Shown piece after piece: positions 56,701-64,000 of a DNA stretch of 64,000 bases. The notes under the pieces were generated by a model that was not told the DNA's origin, searched no databases, and saw only the letters and a program-made list of their open reading frames with translations. Made by a program: the position numbers and the translations under genes. How positions within the stretch are numbered: the stretch's first letter is position 1; every line of letters starts with the position of its first letter. The DNA comes from Flaccisagitta enflata (lineage: Eukaryota): assembly GCA_965153355.1 (NCBI GenBank), contig OZ231126.1, forward strand, positions 42,346,001 through 42,410,000, given 5' to 3'.

Positions 56701-59700
56701 CCACTATGGAGGGGTGTGGGAGAGAATCGTCGCTCTCTTTAAGCGCCATCTTGCTTCCATCTCGACTGGCGCCATCCTCCACGTCGACGCCTTCAACACT
56801 GCCGTTGTCGAAGTTGAAGGAATTCTCAATCGCCGTCCTCTGACAGCGCTCAGCGATGATCCAAATGACTCTGAGGCCCTCACACCGAATCATATCCTCA
56901 ATCCATCGGCATCCGGTCACGCCCCTCTAGATCTGGTGCAACAAGGCGTCAACTCTGACGCCGACTCTGCGAAGATTCAATGGAGGCGTGCGCAATCGCG
57001 TGTGGATGCATTTTGGAAATCGTGGAGGGTCGAATATTTGTCGCTTCTTCACGCGCGAAGCAAATGGTCGAGATCCGAGAAAGACTTTGCGGTGGATGAC
57101 ATGGTCATCGTCATGGACGAAACGCTGCCTCGTCACAATTGGAGTTTAGGACGTGTCATGGGCGTCGAGGGATCGTCAGCCCATGTCCGGAGGGCTCACA
57201 TCCGGCGCCAAGATGGAAAGATCGTGACGAAAGACCGCACGAAGCTCGTGCGGCTGGAATTGGACTCATAAAAAACGCTAAGTTTTGAGAGAGAGAGAAA
57301 AAGGCGCATGGGCCTGTCCATTAGTAACTATAGATATGAGTGATTGAAACTCTGACTTGTTATATTTACAAAGAGTTGTTATTCATATTTGGTTCTGATT
57401 ATCCATGCTTTCATCTTTCCTCTTGTCAATTATGTTGTCCATTTCCACTTACACATCAAAACACTGATTCATTCGCTCTGTCTATATGTACATATTATTG
57501 TGCCAAAATCCGTTCTTACCATTATCAGTTCTCAATACGAACATTTCAAAGCTTCCGCTGACGACGTCATTCCATCTACGAAGTCAGTTCGCATCTTGAA
57601 GTCGCTCGTCGGAGTCAAGATGTCCCGTCAGCAGCGTCTCGAGGCAGAGGCCGACGTGTCGACGTCGTACGGATCCTTGGATCTCCATCGACTCTTCAAC
57701 GACGGCTCGACTCGAGAAGGATCTGCATCCACGACGTCGTTCGGGGCGGAGGAGGAGGCTGTCGCGTTGGCAGCCTTCAATGGCGACCTTCGTTCCGTCG
57801 TAGACGCAAAAATGGCGAATAAAAAGCGTCAACAAGATGATGCGTTGGTAAATCGTCAACAGCCATCCAACGCCGTTGATCCCGCGTCGCTTCCTCCATT
57901 GGTGGTCATCAGAGATGGAGGTTCGAGGCGGATCTCGATCAATCGGCCGCCGACGGACTTATCCACCACTTCCGCGGCGGCGTCATCATCATCGGATTTG
58001 CCCCCATCGCCTCGCCAATTTTGCCTTGATTTCGGTCGCCCAGCGTCTCGTGATCAAGCGTCTGCAGCTGCACGTCAACGCAGCGGGGGCGAAGAGAGAG
58101 AGATCGGTCAATGATGGAGCAAGAGTGGAGGAGGAGGGGATGGAGACAGAGGAGGAGGTGTTAGTGAATGGGGAGGCGGTGGAGAAAGACATTGACCCGG
58201 AAGTGGACACTGCGACGCCGGAAGAGAAACACCAACGGATGCAGGCGCGTTGGTGGTATCGTACCATCAGTCCGGACGTCGGAGTATCTCTCCTCTTCAA
58301 AGAGTTTGAAAAACTTTCAGTGTGCTGCAACAAACAAACTCTCATGCGCTCATCGGCTAATCAAACAGAGCTTGGCTCGGAGACTCTGGAGCGCAAAATC
58401 CAAAGTAATAAGAGAAGGAGGGAGCATGATAAGGAGGTTCGTCGCATGGTCCAGGCGACGAAGAGGAAGAATGCGGCTCCGAAGCCTCCTGATGCAACTG
58501 CAAAGTCATCTGCAGCAACTTCCGTCGACGCTTCCGCAACTCCACCAGCGGTATTTGTGCTCGACGCAGCCGCAGCTACATCAGCGGCAATTCACTCTAC
58601 AGCATCAGGAAGTCGTCAATCGCGCCCTGGATTGGTTCATCCCCCAAATCAGCAGCAACAGGGTCCTCGTGACGTCACTCCCTCACAACAGTCGAAGAGA
58701 TCACGTCGGGGAAAGACTCCACAAATGCGCAACGTGCCGAGTCAACAAAAAGGGCCAGATTCCAAAAGCAAAGGCCCCCTTCAAGCGCATCTAGGCGCGC
58801 CCCCTGCAGCAGTGCGCCCAAAGGCCAAGGAGAAGCTTCAAGTGGTTAGTCGACGGCAGCGTTGGCAGCAACCCAGAAGCTGAATCAGGCGCCTGGGGCA
58901 GCGGCAGCAAAGGGGAAGAAGACCAAGAGAGCTGGGAAGAAGCATAAAGCAGCAACCAAGGGAGGTTCTACTTGCGGTGCTTCGGCGTCCGCTGTTAAAC
59001 CTCAAGTCTCTGGTCAGCAGACGGGAGCGTCTTCCTTTCACTCGCAGCCATCAAAAGCAGCGGTAGGAAGCGAACTAGTTGGCGGTGCTTCAGCATCTGT
59101 TAAAGTTGGTGTAGCGCCTCGTCAGCAAACCGAGTCTGCCCAAGGTCTGCAGCAAGTGCAGAACCCGCCTCCCCCGTCGGATCCAGCCTTTGATCCTGCG
59201 CATGGACACCACATCGCCGAGTCATTGCTACGAGAAGCCTCTTCACTGACCTCAAACGCTCCATTGGGTGTGGTGAAGAATTTAGCATCAAGGCTTCCGA
59301 AAGACTTCTTCGCGTCGCTCAATCCGCGTCAACGAGTTGAAGCGGCTCGTCAAGTCTTAGACGAGAGGATTCGTCGCAACATCCAAAAGGAGAGAGACGA
59401 TGCTCGTCAAGCAGCAATGGCTGCGGACAATGAGGTGGTCAAAGGCAATAAACGAGTCGTGGAACTGGAGAAGCAGCTTGAAAAGGAGAAGCAGGCCTGT
59501 GCGATGAAGGCTAAGAAGAAAGAGGAAGCTGTGGAACGCGCAAAGGCGGCTATGGCCGTCGACTTTAAAACTGCGTCCGCTGTGCGTCCTAAATTTCGAC
59601 TGACGCCGAATTGCGATGCAGCATCTCCACCTCCAGCGTCTTCTCCTGCAGAAAAAGTCGGTCAGCAGATCCTGTCGCAAAAAGACGCTCCCAAGCCTGG

Positions 59701-62505
59701 GAATAAGAAAAATCGAACCAGGCCTTGGAAAAATCAGACCGCCAGCTAAACGCTGATTGGTGCCACGCCCAGTTGCTGTTCAATTTAACTACCAATTTGC
59801 AACATGGCGTGGAGAGCGCCGCCATTCGCTGAGGATCGTATTCCACCATCACATCCTCATCCCATCGATGGACAGGCCGGCCAAGTCGGGGGCGCTACCC
59901 GGGGCGTGGGAATGACGTCCGCCCCGGGGCCTGGCGAAAAACGCCCGCGTAAGTATCATGGTTTGGGAAGGGTTGAGGTTGAGTTTTTGTGGTAAATTTG
60001 AATCTGTGTACGATAAGAACTTTACTAATCAATCTGCCCCCATTTTTTCTCTTTCTTTTTCTTCCCTTCGGGGAGGATACATTCTCAGACGGCTGCACCA
60101 CCTGCGCCTTTCGATGCGGTCGCCGTTGACGACATCATTTATCGCCTTTCGCCCACGGATTGACGAGGTGTTGGAGCTTCCGGAATGACCCGCTCGTCTC
60201 TGTAATGGAGAAGGCGCAGGTGATGTGGTCGTTCCATGATGCTTACTAATTTGTTTTTACCTTACAGATTCGTTTTTATATATAGTTAGTAACTTATTTA
60301 TTTTGTCTTGTTTTGTTTGGTTCCTTGGAACATGTAAATTTTTGTTGTGTTTGTTTTAGACATGGTCTTTTTAGTCATTATTACGAATACTTTCGTATGA
60401 CATGTTTTAGTAGTATGCCCCTACTCATTATTTTCCACTCTCAAGTCAAATCCCAGGCTTGGAGTGCTCCAAGGCCCGTTCCCCTTTCCCCCCCCTCTTC
60501 CCCTTAACTTTTACAGAACGGGTGCCTCAACCTCCTCGTCGCCGCCTCGTCTCCATCCGCGTCATCGTGATCGTTGAAAATTTGCTGGTGGTGGATCCTT
60601 TCCGGACGGGAATCATCATTCGTGCAGTCGTCGATCTGTTGATAGTTGGGGTGGGGATGTAAGAGGCGGTGGACGGGGGGGGCTGTATCTATGTAAATTT
60701 TTTTTAAGGAAGGTAGTATCGGTTTTTTAGTAGGGTTTCCCCGACTGGAAACTAGGTGTCGGATTTTTGAAATTCGTGAAATTCCAAAAATGGGGCAGAA
60801 TGTTAGAAATGTATGTCCGTCCGTTTTTAAGTATGTGTGCCTTGTCTCTTTTGCGTGCTTTTGGCTTTTCCTCTTTCTCGATTATTCAATGCCCGCGTCT
60901 TTTGTTTCTCGCCATTTTTTATATTGAACGCTAGATGGGTAACCATATGGTTGCGCCTTGTATTTTGTGCCATTTGTTTTTATTACGTAGGCGAACATAC
61001 GTATCTCGTCTGTCGTATCATCCAATTTTTGGATTGATTGATTTTATTTATTTACGGCATTGCTTCTTAAAGTGATTGATTGATTTTTCGTGATCGTTTG
61101 AATGCGCCCTTGGAATTCACTAATTTCAATAATCTCTCATCTTTTTATTGCAGATAAACTTATGAACGGACAATTAACGTTAGTTTGACTTCGACAGACT
61201 GTGGGTTGAAACCAACGAAAGTGGGCCTAAAAGTAAGTTTTATAGACGCGTTTTTGCTTTTATTAACGTTGTTTTTATCTTGTTTTCCGGTCTGTTATTT
61301 TTGTCTTTTGCCCTTTTGCATTTTTATCGCCGGATTTTAGTATGGTTTTTATCGCTTGCCCGATCAGCTTGCTATAGGGATGATATGGATGAATTTAATG
61401 GGATGGGCCGGGGCAGGGGCAGGTATTATCAGGTGGCATGGGCTCTGAAGAAGATGAACATGTTGTCATGTGCTGTTTCTGTCCTTTATTGTGTCCTATC
61501 TCGATTTCATGTTATCTTTTGCGTTTGCTGATCACAATTAACGCCCACTTTCCTTTTCATTTTTCCCCCTCTCTTCAGTTGTTGAAACTTTTTATGGAAT
61601 AAACGAGACGATCGCCTTCCTATTTTCCAATCGGCCAACTTTCTTTCACCACAAGTCGTCAGTCAGATAGACGCTCATAGACAGTGCCAGTTGAAACTCG
61701 TGGGCGTAATTATAGGTGCGTTCTTTCGCCTCTGGCACGTTCACACTGAGTTCACTTACTGACATAATGGTAGACTTTATGTCGGTTTTCTTCTTCTTCT
61801 TCTCCTCCCTTCGAGGTCGCTTGTTTCTTGCATCGTAATAGTCCTTGGATGATAACCGCCACGACGTTGGTGATGGTGATGCCGATGACCGCCCATGATT
61901 GGGATTCCAGCTGATCTGTCTGTTCGTCGATTTGGTTGTACTCCTTTCCGCACATTAAGGGCGATAGGACCAGATCGCTCCTCTCGAGGCATCGTGAGAT
62001 GTGGAGCACGTCTTTTCCATTTTTGCCTTTGATGGGGCTAGGACTGATGATGATGAGACACGTTTTGCCATACTCTGTTGGTAGAGAAGATACAAAAAAT
62101 TAAATTAAAATTCAGAAATTAGTGTGAACGTTGTCGCTCCCCTCGGTGATTGTGGCGCCGATCAGATTAAATAATGCATAAAATTTTCTCACCGTATCCA
62201 AAATCGCGTATGACGGCTTGTTTCGAATCGAGCTGGCAATCTGGCTTTTCTGGACGCGTGCTCAACCATTGCACGATGCGTTGATTGAAATCCCCATTGC
62301 TTTCGCCGTCACGTTGTTGCGGGGTCTGTGAAAAAAATTTTAGCGTTGGCCTTGAATATTTCTTCTTTCAGCGAAGAAGGAAGATTTAGGGTAGGGTTAG
62401 ATCACGAATCTGCTGAATTGGTTATCTCACCTCTGATTGGTCCGCTACGCTCCCCGGGAGGAGGAGGACGGGGAGAATGAAGGAGAGGAGGGGGTGATAT
62501 CTCAT
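47771..62505 (-). CDS. Uncharacterised type-I membrane protein; exons 62431-62505, 62193-62325, 61760-62074 and probable last exon 47771-47829 (193 aa, or 176 aa if it stops at 61752)
   Basis: Signal peptide MRYHPLLSFILPVLLLPGSVA; GT-AG introns of 105 and 118 nt with matching phases; 4-Cys ectodomain; TM WAVIGITITNVVAVIIQGLL then RCKK. The GTCA|GTAAGT donor at 61759 is in phase with TTTTATTCCCAG|GC at 47830. AATAAA at 47476-47481. Confidence 0.68.
47891..48116. repeat. Degenerate (CT)n tract
   Basis: Visible directly in the sequence. Confidence 0.9.
48444..49357 (+). repeat. BEL 5' LTR
   Basis: Starts TGTTAGAAAT; about a dozen differences from 60801-61714 by eye; Inr-like TCAGTT at 49219-49224; AATAAA at 49241-49246. 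Confidence 0.95.
49358..49368 (+). promoter_or_regulatory. Putative self-primer binding site TTTCAACAATT (no tRNA-type TGG PBS)
   Basis: Reverse complement of AGTTGTTGAAA at 49221-49231 (one G:U pair). Confidence 0.5.
49520..53226 (+). CDS. gag: BEL gag: polyQ-rich N-terminal region in several frameshifted pieces, then capsid and triple Cys/His knuckle in 52042-53226
   Basis: CNVCSGMHQTEDC, CFHCLAPGHNAKGC and CQTCKKRHATILH form the BEL/Pao three-knuckle signature; start position uncertain. Confidence 0.85.
53227..57271 (+). CDS. pol: BEL pol (PR, RT, RNase H/peptidase-A17 region, integrase, C-terminal DUF5641-like region); frameshifted at ~56030-56100
   Basis: PR AMIDSGAD. RT WYLPLH, SLNDLLVGGPNL, DIKAFFHQI, FYVDDG. 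KVLGVSW, YDPLG, FCDAA, YGAVAY, NPADHCSRG. IN HHNDFHAG..CFRC, GLDVMG, SDCGTN, GGVWER, FWKSWRVEYL. Confidence 0.95.
57620..59749 (+). CDS. BEL accessory ORF3 (~710 aa if two frameshifts are corrected); basic, low-complexity, coiled-coil, no TM
   Basis: Three overlapping GC-rich ORFs (57389-58114, 57876-58883, 58862-59749) between integrase and PPT; ATG at 57620. Confidence 0.55.
60786..60800 (+). promoter_or_regulatory. Polypurine tract of the BEL element
   Basis: AAAAATGGGGCAGAA immediately before the TG of the 3' LTR. Confidence 0.8.
60801..61714 (+). repeat. BEL 3' LTR
   Basis: Copy of 48444-49357; ends ...GGGCGTAATTATA directly followed by TSD GGTGC. Confidence 0.95.
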
Positions 62506-64000
62506 TTTCACAAATTGTCTGTTGTTCTCTTGTCTTCCACTCGAGGTGATTGTAACTTGTTTGTCAGTATCTTGTCAGTATCTTGTCAGTACTTGTCACT
62601 TTCATAAACCACGACACGCACTTTGTTGATTTGAGTGGTCGAGGTGTTGAGGAAAGGTGAAGTGTTGATTTTTGCTTTCGGAGCGCAGAGTCCAATTTCT
62701 TGTACAGAATTTTGCGATTATGATTTTGATTTTGTCCTTTAACTTTCCGTCGGCGATTGTTATTGTTTTTCATAATGCGGAATGATTGTACTTCAATTTT
62801 CGGCGTGCCTCGAATGGAATGAATGACTGTGAATGTTTAACTCACGTGTTCTTTCGATTGAATGGTATGTTGAGAATTGTGTTCTTATGTTAGGTATGTT
62901 TGAATGAATGGTGGTTTTTCATCTCCATAACACCTGGAGATTTTCCACATATCAAAATTTTTGATTTTTTTTTAGAACCGTTCTTTTCTAAATTTTTCTA
63001 AGAATTTAGTTTTTAAACGTATCAACATTTTTTTGGTCGGGGTCCGAGCTTTTCTTTTCTGGACATTATCTTCACCTATCTTAAATAGATTGAAGATGAT
63101 CTCCGGGTAGCGTTAGCCGAATCATGAACCGCCCGGTTCTGACCTTTGATATTATTATTATTATCAAATTCTCTCTGCCTCTCGCTTTTTGCATTGCTCG
63201 ACGGCGCTCCAATTTTCTCTTTAGTCTGGAATATAGCCTTCTTTCTTTTAGCTCAATTTCTTTCTCTCTCTCTCAATTAATGATAATTAAGCAGTCAAGA
63301 AATTGATCAAGAATAGATCTATAGCCAGGACGAATGATCATCATTTGGATGATCATCCGTTACTACTCGATCGACAAACTTTTTTTTCTCCTTGACTCAA
63401 TTTGCCACGGTACAAATTTTCATATCCTAAACCGACACCAAATTGATGATAATCGCCATAAGTACAAAGTTGTATAAAGAATAATACAGTTACAAAGTTC
63501 TTACAGACTCAGTACAAAATATATACGCCTGGATTTCTTACTTTTAACGACGAAAAAAAATAAATTTCCATCGTTTTTAGATGCGTCCGTCAGGAACGCA
63601 TCTCTAGAAGAGGGTCTGTCCGTCCGTCGGTCCGTCCGTCCGTCGGTCCGTCCGTCGGTCCGTCCGTCCGTCCGTCCGTCCGTCCGTTACGCCTATGCAA
63701 AAACCGCGTTTCTTGGCTGTTTTTGGCCGCGGTAATATCCTACACTGAAACAAATGATCAACCAACATGTTTTGAGAGTGTTTTCACTCGTCTGTTCGTC
63801 TGTCTCTCCATTCATATGTCACATGATCAATACACGCTGAGACACAGCCCGGACGCATCTTTGCCCGGTCGGGCTTGTTGTAACACATGCTGCATGCTGT
63901 TTAAAGCCATCGTTGACTTCTTCATCAAAACCTATGTCGCCTTTTTGGATGCTACTAAGGCTCCTAAACTAAAGCTTTTGACAGAATCTTATATTACTGT

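Larger units (their letters stand above)
48444..61714 (+). mobile_element. Full-length BEL/Pao (Belpaoviridae) LTR retrotransposon, 13271 bp
   Basis: Two 914-bp LTRs; 5-bp TSD GGTGC (48439-48443 and 61715-61719); BEL-type gag and pol motifs. Confidence 0.97.

Noticed and set aside
38950-63770. Inverted ~150-bp repeats (38950-39103 and 63601-63770) bracketing both retroelements, as if TIRs of a giant transposon
   Set aside because: Both belong to the abundant HINE-like family seen throughout the window; similarity does not extend outward and no TSD is evident

Overview
Repeat-rich animal (probably protostome invertebrate) genomic DNA; no prokaryotic features, rRNA, tRNA or CRISPR. Left half: first coding exon of Rab30 (minus, 1801-1977) and a complete phase-consistent 9-exon model of the NuRD subunit GATAD2/p66/simjang (minus, 24177 to 8184, about 1163 aa), with introns and flanks full of MITEs, foldback elements, Helentron/DINE-like repeats and satellites. 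Right half: a degraded Ty3/Gypsy element (about 39240-46605, no LTR pair found). Two antisense membrane-protein genes follow it: a 124-aa ORF with reovirus-FAST-fusogen-like architecture (46756-47130) and a spliced signal-peptide/TM gene (62505 to 47771). The proposed last intron of the second gene contains a full-length 13.3-kb BEL/Pao retrotransposon (48444-61714; 914-bp LTRs; GGTGC TSD). The BEL element is unusual in four ways. It has no tRNA PBS, but the 11 nt after the 5' LTR are complementary to the first 11 nt of the predicted transcript (Tf1-like self-priming) and the LTR ends TA rather than CA. Gag and pol are separated by one in-frame UGA-C stop followed by a GNRA hairpin. Gag is very long and polyQ-rich. 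A large non-env ORF3 follows integrase. All calls are manual; no database searches were run.
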